Below the pieces are notes generated by a model. That model saw nothing but the letters and a program-made list of their open reading frames with translations. It was not told where the DNA came from and did no database searches. DNA of 62,497 nt from Clostridiales bacterium (GTDB lineage Bacteria; Bacillota; Clostridia; UBA1381), in the NCBI GenBank assembly GCA_029226065.1, contig JAQXXM010000060.1, forward strand, positions 1 to 62,497, in the 5' to 3' direction. Shown in pieces: positions 50,085 through 59,131 of the stretch. The translations under genes and the position numbers were made by a program. Positions within the stretch are counted from its first letter, which is position 1. Each line of letters starts with the position of its first letter.

Positions 50085-51116
50085 TTATACAAATCTGTAT
50101 TCTGTAATGTGGTAATACTCCTCGCCTTTTCTCAATAATGCAGTTGGGAAATGACTGTAATGTACACAATCGGGGAATGTCTGTGTTTCAAGACACAATC
50201 CGTCGTGAACGCCGTTTTCATAATCGCCCTTATTGGCACTCTCAAGCATATTCGCTGTATAAAGCTGTACACCATGCTGATTTGTAAATACCTGCATAAC
50301 AATACCTGTCTTGTCACCTGTCACTGTTGCACATAGACGCAATCCTGTGCCGTCAAGTACAAAGTTGTGGTCAAAGCCATTCACTCTTGCAACCTGCAGA
50401 TAATCTGAAGTCATACCGTCGCCCAATCTTTTTTCCTCAGTAAAATCAAAAGGTGTTCCTACAACCGACAAAACCTCACCTACAGGTATATTCATATCGT
50501 CATTGGGAGTAAAAAATCTTGAGTTCATCTGTAGTTTGTGATCATATATTTTTCCGCTATTATATCCATTAAGATTAAAATATGAATGATTTGTCAGATT
50601 GCACACTGTATCTTTATCCGACTTTGCGAAATATTCTATCTTTAAGCCGTTTTCGTCTGTTACGGAATATTTTATGTCAACATCCATATTGCCTGGGAAG
50701 CCCTCTTCCCCATCAACAGATGTGTAACTTAAAATAACAGCGTTTTCCCCTTCTACGACTTTTGCATCCCACAATTTCTTATTAAATCCGACAAATCCAC
50801 CATGAAGTGAATTGCCTTTATTATTTTTTCCAACATGGTATGTAGTACCGTTTATTTCAAATTCGCCATTTCTTATTCTATTACCGAAACGGCCTATTGC
50901 CGCACCGAGACAGCCATCGTTTTCGAGATATTCCTCCATGCTTGCTCTGCCCAGAACGACATCTATATCATTATTATTCTTATCCTTAGTTATAAGCTTA
51001 GTAACAATTCCGCCGTAATTTATGATATGGGCGGTAACAAAACCGTTACTTAAAACAAATTCATAGACTTCTCTGCCGTCGGGCAATATTCCGTAGTTAT
51101 TTTTTACAACTGACAT
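50085..51116 (-). CDS. galM: Aldose 1-epimerase (galactose mutarotase)
   Basis: 343 aa. GRFGNRI, NSLHGG and TNHSYFNL motifs typical of the family. Confidence 0.85.
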   Translation of the reverse strand: MSVVKNNYGILPDGREVYEFVLSNGFVTAHIINYGGIVTKLITKDKNNNDIDVVLGRASMEEYLENDGCLGAAIGRFGNRIRNGEFEINGTTYHVGKNNKGNSLHGGFVGFNKKLWDAKVVEGENAVILSYTSVDGEEGFPGNMDVDIKYSVTDENGLKIEYFAKSDKDTVCNLTNHSYFNLNGYNSGKIYDHKLQMNSRFFTPNDDMNIPVGEVLSVVGTPFDFTEEKRLGDGMTSDYLQVARVNGFDHNFVLDGTGLRLCATVTGDKTGIVMQVFTNQHGVQLYTANMLESANKGDYENGVHDGLCLETQTFPDCVHYSHFPTALLRKGEEYYHITEYRFV

Positions 51117-51186
51117 ATCATTCTCCTTATTAAGCCAATATTGCGTATTTTATTGAGTTTTCTCAATATCTCATATTATACATTAA

Positions 51187-51963
51187 TTACATAAAAATGT
51201 CAATATTATTTACCATTTCTTTTTCGGTTATAAATCGTTTTATTTTGCCGTTATTGTCTAATTCCACACCGATTGTAGTGTATGACGGAGTAATATTTTT
51301 TATAGCATCGCTTATTGTATAATCAGGAGATATAATTACAAAATTAGTTTTGTTTGTGTTTTTCTTTCTGGCATTTACTGCATTAATGAAGTCATAATCG
51401 TACAACTCTTTGGCGGTAAGTATATTTCCTATGAGTAAAACAGCTATAATAAAGAGCGAAATATTTATAATGCCTACATACATAAGGTAAACGGCTACAG
51501 ATAGGAATATTATGCCTATTATCACAGAGAAAACATTTAATATTTTTTTTGCACGTCTTCTGCCGGTATAATGCGAAATAACCCTCAATAATATCATACC
51601 GCCGTCAAGAGGAACAACAGGCAATACATTAAGAATAAACAGCACTGTATTTATATTATACAAGATTGGTATTTTAAGTATAATGCCCACTATTGATAAA
51701 ATTGCATTAAATGCAGGGCCTACGCCATAAAGGATTAATTCCTCTGCAAAAGAGTTGACTATTTTGTTTTTTAACTGTAAATGTGCGCCAAATGGAGATA
51801 ATGTAAAGCTCTCACATTCTAATCCTATACACTTTGCCGCACAGTAGTGCGCAAGTTCATGGAGAGTCATAACTGTATATGTCATTATATATATTTTTGC
51901 ATTGCCCATTGCAGTCAGAACGGCAAACATTACTATAGTCAAAGGATTAATCTTAATTTTCAT
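51187..51963 (-). CDS. Site-2 protease family M50 metallopeptidase (SpoIVFB-like)
   Basis: HELAH zinc motif in TM2, NVLPVVPLDGG motif, multiple TM segments and a soluble C-terminal domain. Confidence 0.65.
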   Translation of the reverse strand: MKIKINPLTIVMFAVLTAMGNAKIYIMTYTVMTLHELAHYCAAKCIGLECESFTLSPFGAHLQLKNKIVNSFAEELILYGVGPAFNAILSIVGIILKIPILYNINTVLFILNVLPVVPLDGGMILLRVISHYTGRRRAKKILNVFSVIIGIIFLSVAVYLMYVGIINISLFIIAVLLIGNILTAKELYDYDFINAVNARKKNTNKTNFVIISPDYTISDAIKNITPSYTTIGVELDNNGKIKRFITEKEMVNNIDIFM

Positions 51964-52052
51964 TTATCATCACCGATACATTATATTGAAAAATAACATT
52001 CTTAATTCCCTTTTTATAGCTATTGTCATATTATACTATGAGGTGTTAAGAT

Positions 52053-52517
52053 ATGGAAAGAAAGAAAACAGTAATAAATGCAATTGCAAAAATAGAAGGT
52101 GGTAACGGATACCCCGATTTGAATGGAACAGCAAGCTTTGTCCAGACCAAAGAAGGTGTTTTAGTTACTGTTAAGGTCAACAAGCTCCCGCAAAATTCGA
52201 CGTGTAACGGCGGAATATATGCGCTACATATACATGACGGCGAAAGCTGTACAGGAACAAAAGCGGATCAGTTTAGTAATGCAAAGACACATTATAACCC
52301 GCTAAACTGTCCTCATCCATACCATGCAGGCGATTTACCACCGCTTATCGGCAATGACGGAATTGCATATATGTCATTGCTTACAAATCGTTTTACAGTG
52401 GATGAAATTATCAATAAAGTAATCGTAATTCATGCAAACAAAGACGATTTCACAACACAACCCTCCGGCAATGCCGGCACAAAAATAGGTTGCGGAAAGA
52501 TATTGCGTCAATGGTAG
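52053..52517 (+). CDS. sodC: Cu,Zn superoxide dismutase family protein with no signal peptide
   Basis: Full ligand set by position: HIH, THYNP, HP, HAGDLP, VIHANKDD, plus the disulfide cysteines (ESC, GCG). Confidence 0.8.
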   Translation: MERKKTVINAIAKIEGGNGYPDLNGTASFVQTKEGVLVTVKVNKLPQNSTCNGGIYALHIHDGESCTGTKADQFSNAKTHYNPLNCPHPYHAGDLPPLIGNDGIAYMSLLTNRFTVDEIINKVIVIHANKDDFTTQPSGNAGTKIGCGKILRQW

Positions 52518-52527
52518 ATTACAGAAC

Positions 52528-52563
52528 AAAAATAGTGTCCGCATTCTTGCGGACACTATTTTT
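52528..52563. terminator. Bidirectional rho-independent terminator
   Basis: AAAAATAGTGTCCGC / GCGGACACTATTTTT perfect 15-bp arms with a 6-nt loop, between convergent sodC and serA. Confidence 0.85.
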
Positions 52564-52573
52564 GTTTATCTCT

Positions 52574-53731
52574 TTATTTTATAACTCTGACAGATATAAC
52601 CTCGTCAAGAGCTTCTAATGTTTCAACAATATCAGGTGTTACAGCATGGTCTGTATTAATTATTGTATAAGCATAATCACCCTTTGACTTATTAATCATC
52701 TCAGCAATGTTTACGCCCTTTAATACGTCAGTGTACTTTGCAATCATATTCGGAACGTTCTTATGGATTATAGTAATACGTCCCACAGTATCGCAAGGCA
52801 ATGAACAGTTAGGAAAGTTTACTGAATTGACAATGTCGCCTGTTTCAAGGAACGACTTGATTTCGTCAGCTGCCATTACCGCACAGTTATCCTCAGATTC
52901 TTCTGTTGATGCACCAAGATGCGGTATCGCAATTATCCCAGGCTGGTTGATTGTTTCAGCATCGGGGAAATCAACAACGTATGTTTTAACTTTACCTGAT
53001 GCTAAACCTGCCTTAACAGCGTCGTTGTTTACAAGACCGCCTCTTGCGTAGTTAAGAATAACAACTCCGTCCTTCATCATATCAATCGCTTCAGCATTAA
53101 TTGTGTCACGAGTTGAATCCATTAATGGTACGTGCACCGTTATATAATCACTATCTGTAAATATGCTCTTGATATCCGATACGCAGTTTACACGACGGTT
53201 AAGCATTAATGCGTTATTAACACTCAAATAAGGGTCATATCCCACAACGTTCATACCAAGGTGTACTGCAGCATTAGCAACAAGTATACCGATAGCGCCA
53301 AGGCCTATAACGCCAAGTGTTTTACCCTTTATTTCATTACCGCCAAAGTTTGACTTGCCCTTTTCTACTTGCTTAGCAATATCATCACCTGTAAGTGTGT
53401 TTGCCCATGCGTTACCGCCGATTACATCTCTTGATGCAAGAAGCATACCAAGGATTACAAGCTCTTTAACAGCATTTGCATTAGCACCAGGAGTATTGAA
53501 TACTACAATACCGTTTTCTGTGCACTTGTCAATAGGAATGTTGTTTGTTCCTGCACCTGCACGGGCAACAGCCTTTAATGACTTTGGTAGCTCCATATCA
53601 TGCATCTTAAAGCTTCTTAAGATAATTCCGTCTACATCAGCTGATGCATCATCTGTAATAGCATAATTGTCACCCAAACGGTCAAGACCGCAGGATGCTA
53701 TTTTGTTTAGTGTAAGTATATTATACATCAC
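52574..53731 (-). CDS. serA: D-3-phosphoglycerate dehydrogenase
   Basis: NAD motif GVIGLGAIG, the 2-hydroxyacid dehydrogenase catalytic region and a C-terminal ACT-like tail. Overlaps serC by 4 nt. Confidence 0.85.
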   Translation of the reverse strand: MMYNILTLNKIASCGLDRLGDNYAITDDASADVDGIILRSFKMHDMELPKSLKAVARAGAGTNNIPIDKCTENGIVVFNTPGANANAVKELVILGMLLASRDVIGGNAWANTLTGDDIAKQVEKGKSNFGGNEIKGKTLGVIGLGAIGILVANAAVHLGMNVVGYDPYLSVNNALMLNRRVNCVSDIKSIFTDSDYITVHVPLMDSTRDTINAEAIDMMKDGVVILNYARGGLVNNDAVKAGLASGKVKTYVVDFPDAETINQPGIIAIPHLGASTEESEDNCAVMAADEIKSFLETGDIVNSVNFPNCSLPCDTVGRITIIHKNVPNMIAKYTDVLKGVNIAEMINKSKGDYAYTIINTDHAVTPDIVETLEALDEVISVRVIK

Positions 53732-54813
53732 ATATTCTCCTGTTCAAATTTTTTCATAAACTCTACAAGCGTTTTTACACCTTCAACAGGCATAGCGTTA
53801 TAGATTGATGCTCTCATACCGCCTACTGTTCTATGTCCCTTAAGGTTTACAAGACCTGCGGCTGTTGCTTCCTTAACGAACTTCGCATCAAGATCAGCAT
53901 CGCCTGTTACAAACGGTACATTCATAAGCGAACGGTCCTCTTTTTCAACTGTGCCTTTGAAAAGCTTTGACGAATCAAGGAAATCATAAAGAAGCTTTGC
54001 CTTTTCTTCGTTAACCTTCTGCACTGCAGCTATACCGCCCTGTTCCTTTATCCATTCAAGAACAAGCTTAAGAATGTATATAGCATACGTCGGAGGAGTA
54101 TTGTAAAGCGAATCATTATCTGCGTGTGTTTTATATGTAAGCATTGTCGGAGTACCCTCCATAGGCTCGCCTATTAAATCCTCACGTGCAATAACAAGTA
54201 CAACGCCCGCAGGACCAAGGTTTTTCTGCGCACCTGCAAAAAGCAAACCAAACTTTGATACATCTATTACTTCGCTCATTACGTTCGATGAAATATCAGC
54301 TACAAGAGTTGCCTCTGTTTCGGGAAGCTTAGTATAGCGTGTTCCGTATATTGTGTTGTTAAAGCATATATAACAATAGTCAACTTCATCTTTTGAAGAG
54401 AAATCAGCTGCTGTAGTTTTAGGAATATATGAAAACGTCTTATCAGCAGATGATGCTACTCTGTTTACCTTAATATACTTTTCAGCCTCCTGAGCAGCTT
54501 TTTTAGCCCACTGACCTGTTATAATATAGTCAGCAGCTTTACACTTGATACCAAGGTTTAACGGTACCATTGCAAATTGCGTTGAACCGCCGCCCTGTAC
54601 AAACATAACCTTGTAGTTGTCAGGTACATTCATAAGCTCACGAACAAGTGCCTCAGCACCCTTTATAATTTTATCGTAATCTTTTGAACGATGGCTCATC
54701 TCCATAACCGACATTCCACTGTCACCACATTCAAGCATTTCAGCTTGTGCTTTTTTCAGCACTTCTTCGGGTAACATTGACGGACCTGCCGAAAAATTGT
54801 ATACTCTACTCAT
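53728..54813 (-). CDS. serC: Phosphoserine aminotransferase
   Basis: N-terminal YNFSAGPS and the class V aminotransferase PLP region (GAQKNLGP). 361 aa. Confidence 0.9.
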   Translation of the reverse strand: MSRVYNFSAGPSMLPEEVLKKAQAEMLECGDSGMSVMEMSHRSKDYDKIIKGAEALVRELMNVPDNYKVMFVQGGGSTQFAMVPLNLGIKCKAADYIITGQWAKKAAQEAEKYIKVNRVASSADKTFSYIPKTTAADFSSKDEVDYCYICFNNTIYGTRYTKLPETEATLVADISSNVMSEVIDVSKFGLLFAGAQKNLGPAGVVLVIAREDLIGEPMEGTPTMLTYKTHADNDSLYNTPPTYAIYILKLVLEWIKEQGGIAAVQKVNEEKAKLLYDFLDSSKLFKGTVEKEDRSLMNVPFVTGDADLDAKFVKEATAAGLVNLKGHRTVGGMRASIYNAMPVEGVKTLVEFMKKFEQENM

Positions 54814-54927
54814 TTTTGATAACCTCCATTAATATAAGTATAACGTATATTATACACCCCCCGAACTATATAAGTCAATACTTTTTAGCAAGATTAGTTA
54901 AAATTTATGCAAATTTTTTAAAAAATA

Positions 54928-55620
54928 TCATTTTTTTGCTTTACAAACTGCATTTGCTATAGAAAACGCAATTTTTGATTGATATGCATCATCATTCAAC
55001 AACTTTTCTTCGTCAGGATTTGAAATAAATCCACATTCAATAAGTATTGATGGCGGAGTAGGATTTTTCATCAGGTAGAGTGTGTCTGATGCGGCTTTTA
55101 CAGTATGGGTTTTTGCACCTGTAAGTTCTGCAATTTCTTCTTGTATTAATTCTGCTAATGGTTGGATTTCCGGATGATTTCGTGAATAGAATATATGAAG
55201 ACCGCTCGTTTTAGGCTTACTGAATGAATTTAAGTGGATAGACAGAAACAAATCTGCATCACTGTTGTTTATGATATCTAACCGCTTGTGCATATCTGAT
55301 ACTTTCATATCGTGTAATGTTTTTGCGGATTTATCACAAATGGAGTTATTATCAGACCGTGTCATAATAACTTTTATACCACGATTTTCAAGTATTTCTT
55401 GTAATTTTTGGGTTATTTTTAAGTTTATACTCTGTTCTATTGTCCCGTTTGCTCCAACAGCACCGCCATCAGGCTCGCCATGCCCTGCATCAAGAACAAC
55501 CGCATACTGCTTTGATTTAGAAAATGTCTGAGTTGTTTTTAAGCAGTAACCAACCACTGCACAGATGACTGTCACAGAAATTACTACGGCAATCCATTTA
55601 TTTTTCAAATTAATAACCAT
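54928..55620 (-). CDS. cwlD: N-acetylmuramoyl-L-alanine amidase, CwlD type (germination-specific)
   Basis: N-terminal anchor and amidase_3 motifs (LDAGHGEPDGGA, SIHLNS, ECGF.SN). 230 aa. Confidence 0.75.
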   Translation of the reverse strand: MVINLKNKWIAVVISVTVICAVVGYCLKTTQTFSKSKQYAVVLDAGHGEPDGGAVGANGTIEQSINLKITQKLQEILENRGIKVIMTRSDNNSICDKSAKTLHDMKVSDMHKRLDIINNSDADLFLSIHLNSFSKPKTSGLHIFYSRNHPEIQPLAELIQEEIAELTGAKTHTVKAASDTLYLMKNPTPPSILIECGFISNPDEEKLLNDDAYQSKIAFSIANAVCKAKK

Positions 55621-55691
55621 ATCATCACCGATATATCATATTAAAAAATAAAGCAAATAAGACCAAAATAAAAATAATTCAGAAAAAAGTA

Positions 55692-55720
55692 TTGACAAAT
55701 GAATATAATTGTGCTATAAT
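55692..55720 (+). promoter_or_regulatory. Consensus sigma-A promoter for tRNA-Met
   Basis: TTGACA (55692-55697), 17 nt, TATAAT (55715-55720), 20 nt upstream of the tRNA 5' end. Confidence 0.7.
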
Positions 55721-55740
55721 ATCCTATGTTGTTAATAAAT

Positions 55741-55816
55741 AGCGGGGTAGAGCAGCTGGCAGCTCGCAAGGCTCATAACCTTGAGGTCGGAGGTTCAAGT
55801 CCTCCTCCCGCACCCA
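55741..55816 (+). tRNA. tRNA-Met (CAU), initiator-like
   Basis: Hand-folded 76-nt cloverleaf. Acceptor 2-7/66-71, D stem GAGC/GCTC, anticodon stem CAAGG/CCTTG with loop CTCATAA, T arm GGAGG-TTCAAGT-CCTCC, encoded CCA. Strong resemblance to E. coli tRNA-fMet. Confidence 0.9.
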
Positions 55817-55927
55817 AATAAGACTGACTATTTTGATAGAATAGTCGGTCTTTTCTTTTTATCTTAAAAACGCTCAAATATTGCCATATTGCGGTATTTT
55901 ACGGTTTTTTCAAATCTTTATGAATAA
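55815..55927 (+). repeat. Direct repeat, left copy (113 bp), starting in the last 2 nt of tRNA-Met
   Basis: By-eye alignment to 60347-60459: about 105/113 identical with three small indels. Confidence 0.85.
55820..55860 (+). terminator. Rho-independent terminator after tRNA-Met
   Basis: AAGACTGACTATT / AATAGTCGGTCTT stem (one G-U pair) followed by TTTCTTTTT. Confidence 0.8.
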
Positions 55928-55954
55928 TCAAGAATAACGGTAAGAACTGATTGA

Positions 55955-56740
55955 TTATTTATCGAGCATTTTTTTATTCTGTCGGTATTCTGTTGCTGTC
56001 ATTCCTGTCATTTTCTTAAAATAGCGGCAAAAATAGCTTTCATCACCAAAACCCGAAAGTTCTGAAATCTGTGGAATAGAATAGTAATCCGATACAATAA
56101 GTTCTTTCGCTCTTGAAAGCTTGAGCTCATTTATGTATTTTATCGGAGTGGTATTTTTGCTTTTTAAAAAAATATTTCTCAAATAGGTCGTACTTATACC
56201 GCATAAAATTGCAAGATGCTCTACGCTTATATTTTCAGATGTATAGTTTTTGTGAATGTATTCCAATGCCGGTGCAATAATTTTTTCTGTGCTTTTTGGC
56301 ATATACTTTTTTTCGTATTTGTAGAGCATAGAGCAGATTACAGAATACAAATTTGCTTTGCACTGCATTTCGTATCCGTATGACTTCAAACGAAATGCTT
56401 TTTCAGCAGACTTGAACTTGTCTGTTACCAAATCACCTATATTTAAAACAAACGGCTCAAAAGAAACAGTATCGGCGATTTTGAAATTTATGGCGTAACA
56501 ATCTCCCGGACACGTCATTTCTACAATATAGTTTGAATGCTCCGGCATAAAAATTATATCATTCTTTCCGGTGTGAAGTATATTCCTCCCCTCAAATGTA
56601 TACTTTTTGTTACCGGATATATGTAAAGCCAAACCGTGTGAAGCTCTGTTTTTGTGAACAGTGTCGCCCTCTCCTTTTGGAACATAACACGCAAGAACTA
56701 TTCTTTCTATATTAAAATTGTAGTCAAAAAAATTTTTCAT
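55955..56740 (-). CDS. AraC-family transcriptional regulator
   Basis: Cupin-like N-terminal sensor domain and C-terminal double HTH (ISELSGFGDESYFCRYFKKMTGMTATEYR). Start trimmed to MKNFFDY, 10 nt after AGGAGG; the track start would lie inside the promoter. Confidence 0.85.
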   Translation of the reverse strand: MKNFFDYNFNIERIVLACYVPKGEGDTVHKNRASHGLALHISGNKKYTFEGRNILHTGKNDIIFMPEHSNYIVEMTCPGDCYAINFKIADTVSFEPFVLNIGDLVTDKFKSAEKAFRLKSYGYEMQCKANLYSVICSMLYKYEKKYMPKSTEKIIAPALEYIHKNYTSENISVEHLAILCGISTTYLRNIFLKSKNTTPIKYINELKLSRAKELIVSDYYSIPQISELSGFGDESYFCRYFKKMTGMTATEYRQNKKMLDK

Positions 56741-56762
56741 GAGCATCATACCTCCTGTGAAT

Positions 56763-56791
56763 ATTATAACATTTTGTTTTGAAATAGTCAA
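56763..56791 (-). promoter_or_regulatory. Putative sigma-A promoter for the AraC regulator
   Basis: Minus strand reads TTGACT (56786-56791), 17 nt, TATAAT (56763-56768). Confidence 0.55.
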
Positions 56792-56809
56792 TAAGTGTTG
56801 AAATACTCA

Positions 56810-56838
56810 TTGACCAATCTATAGTTTTGCACTATTAT
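56810..56838 (+). promoter_or_regulatory. Putative sigma-A promoter for the glycyl-radical enzyme operon
   Basis: TTGACC (56810-56815), 17 nt, TATTAT (56833-56838). Flanked by two GTGTTGAAA copies (56795-56803, 56841-56849). Confidence 0.55.
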
Positions 56839-56878
56839 ATGTGTTGAAAAATTAAATATATTTCAGGGAGGATTTCAT

Positions 56879-59113
56879 ATGTTTAATCATGACAGAAAAT
56901 TTATAGAAAATAAATACCACAAAACAGACGAGCCGTTCAACCCTTATGCCAGAATGGCATATCATGGGTACGGTTACGACAAAAGCACCGGTCTTGAGGA
57001 TGAGGAAATCAGAGACGGTCTTGCAAAGCTTTATGAAAAAACAAAGGATTTGCCGCACCCTGTTGCAAAAGCCTATGCGGTCAAATATGTTCTTGAAAAT
57101 ACAAAAATAGATATAAACGAGCATGATTTCTTTGTCGGATTTTGGAGTGTAAATCGGCTTGCAAAATGCATAACTCAGGATAAATGGTATGATGAAGTCT
57201 TTGATAATATTCTTCCCGGATTAAAAGAGAAAATGCACGACATGAACGAATCCGGTGCGATTGCAATATGGCCAGATTTCGACCATGTTGTTCCCGATTG
57301 GGATTCGATATTAAAACTGGGTTTTTCGGGACTTAAAAAGCGTGCCGAAGAATACAAAGAGTTGCATAGAAACAACAATACTCTGACAGCCGAAACGGAA
57401 GCGTTTTTTGATGGAATTATAATCGAATACACTGCGATAATAGATTTAATCGACAGACTATACAAATATGCGCTGACAAAAACTCACCCAAAAGCAAAAA
57501 AGGTTACAGAATGTCTTTATCATATACGTGACGGAGCACCGCAGAATATTTACGAGGCAATGCAGGTAATCTATATTTACTTTATGATTTCGGAATGCTT
57601 TGACTCATATCAGGTAAGATCTCTCGGCAACGGTCTTGACAATACTTTGTATTCTTTTTATCAAAACGACTTAAAAAACGGTATATATACAAGGGAAGAT
57701 ATAAAAGAGCTTTTAAGATATTTTCTTATGCAATGGTCGGCAATAGGCAACTACTGGGGACAGCCATTTTATATGGGCGGCACAAATATTGACGGAAGTA
57801 CAAAATACAATGATCTTTCCTATGATATACTCGATGTCTATGACGAACTGGGAATATACAACCCCAAAATTCAAGTAAAAATCAACGAAAACACCCCGGA
57901 TAAGATCCTTTTCAAGGTATTTGACATGATACGTCGTGGTAAGAACTGCTTTGCCTGCTGTTGCGAGCCTGGCATGATGAAGGCTATTATGAGCTATGGT
58001 GCAACATACGAAGAAGCACTTAATATGGATATACGCGGTTGCTATGAAGCCGGAGTGAGAGCCAATGAAGTAGTAACCGGAACGGGCTATGTCAACGCTT
58101 TAAAATCGGTGGAATATGTATTCAGCAACGGCTTTGATTCGAGAATAGGCAAGCAACTCGGGCTCAAAACAGACGAACTGAAGGGCTTAAATACATTCGA
58201 GGACTTTTACATCGCTGTTTTAAAACAGTGGGAAAATCTTATTGAAATGACGATTGACGTATCAAAGCAGTATGAAAAATATCTCAGCTTTATCAACCCG
58301 TCAAATATGTATTCCGCAACGATTGAGGGCGCGCTGAAAAAAGGTACGGACGCATATCAAAGCGCCGTAAAATTTAATAATTCAGCTATTTTAAACTGTG
58401 GATTTGCAAGCTTTGTGGATGCGGTTATGGCGGTAAAGAAATTTGTGTACGATAAAAAAGTTGTGTCAATCCAAACACTTGCCGAGGCTCTTAATAAAAA
58501 TTGGTCAGGATTTGAAGATTTACATACACAAATACTTAAAAGTCCACACAAATACGGAAATGACGATGCCGAAACGAACAGATACGCAGAAGCAATGTCC
58601 GCATATTTTGCGTCAAAAGTAAACAACCGCCCCAATGCGCGAGGCGGTGTCTACAAGGCCATTATGCACTCGGCAATGCAGTTTGTTTGGCAGGGTGAAA
58701 AAACAGGCGCAACCCCGGATGGAAGACATGCAGGAGAAGAAATATCGAAAAATGCATCACCGTCTGTGGGAATGGACAAAAACGGAGTTACGGCATTGAT
58801 AAATTCGGCGATTAAAACAAAACCGTATAATTATATAGAAGCTCATTGTCTTGATGTTATGCTGCATCCGTCCGCAGTCAGTGGTGATGAAGGCCTTGAA
58901 ATTATGAAATCGCTGCTATTCATGTATATGAAAAACGGTGCTCAGACTGTGCAATTTAACGTGTTCAACACAGAAACGCTACGCGATGCACAAAAACACC
59001 CCGATAAATACAAAAACCTGCAAGTCAGAGTTTGCGGCTGGAATGTACTATGGAATAACCTCAGCGAGAAGGAGCAGAATGCTTATATTACACGTGCAGA
59101 GAATATAAAATGA
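56879..59113 (+). CDS. Glycyl-radical enzyme, PFL2/dehydratase-like branch, substrate unknown
   Basis: Gly loop LQVRVCGWN (Gly720), thiyl loop RGCYE (Cys388/Glu390), ATPDGR and QFNV motifs. 744 aa. GGGAGG RBS. Confidence 0.9.
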   Translation: MFNHDRKFIENKYHKTDEPFNPYARMAYHGYGYDKSTGLEDEEIRDGLAKLYEKTKDLPHPVAKAYAVKYVLENTKIDINEHDFFVGFWSVNRLAKCITQDKWYDEVFDNILPGLKEKMHDMNESGAIAIWPDFDHVVPDWDSILKLGFSGLKKRAEEYKELHRNNNTLTAETEAFFDGIIIEYTAIIDLIDRLYKYALTKTHPKAKKVTECLYHIRDGAPQNIYEAMQVIYIYFMISECFDSYQVRSLGNGLDNTLYSFYQNDLKNGIYTREDIKELLRYFLMQWSAIGNYWGQPFYMGGTNIDGSTKYNDLSYDILDVYDELGIYNPKIQVKINENTPDKILFKVFDMIRRGKNCFACCCEPGMMKAIMSYGATYEEALNMDIRGCYEAGVRANEVVTGTGYVNALKSVEYVFSNGFDSRIGKQLGLKTDELKGLNTFEDFYIAVLKQWENLIEMTIDVSKQYEKYLSFINPSNMYSATIEGALKKGTDAYQSAVKFNNSAILNCGFASFVDAVMAVKKFVYDKKVVSIQTLAEALNKNWSGFEDLHTQILKSPHKYGNDDAETNRYAEAMSAYFASKVNNRPNARGGVYKAIMHSAMQFVWQGEKTGATPDGRHAGEEISKNASPSVGMDKNGVTALINSAIKTKPYNYIEAHCLDVMLHPSAVSGDEGLEIMKSLLFMYMKNGAQTVQFNVFNTETLRDAQKHPDKYKNLQVRVCGWNVLWNNLSEKEQNAYITRAENIK

Positions 59114-59131
59114 AAAAATAGGAGAAAAATA

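Noticed and set aside
56852-57124. 90-aa minus-strand ORF overlapping the GRE 5' end
   Set aside because: It is antisense to a well-supported gene and to its RBS. It would have to start inside the GRE coding region.
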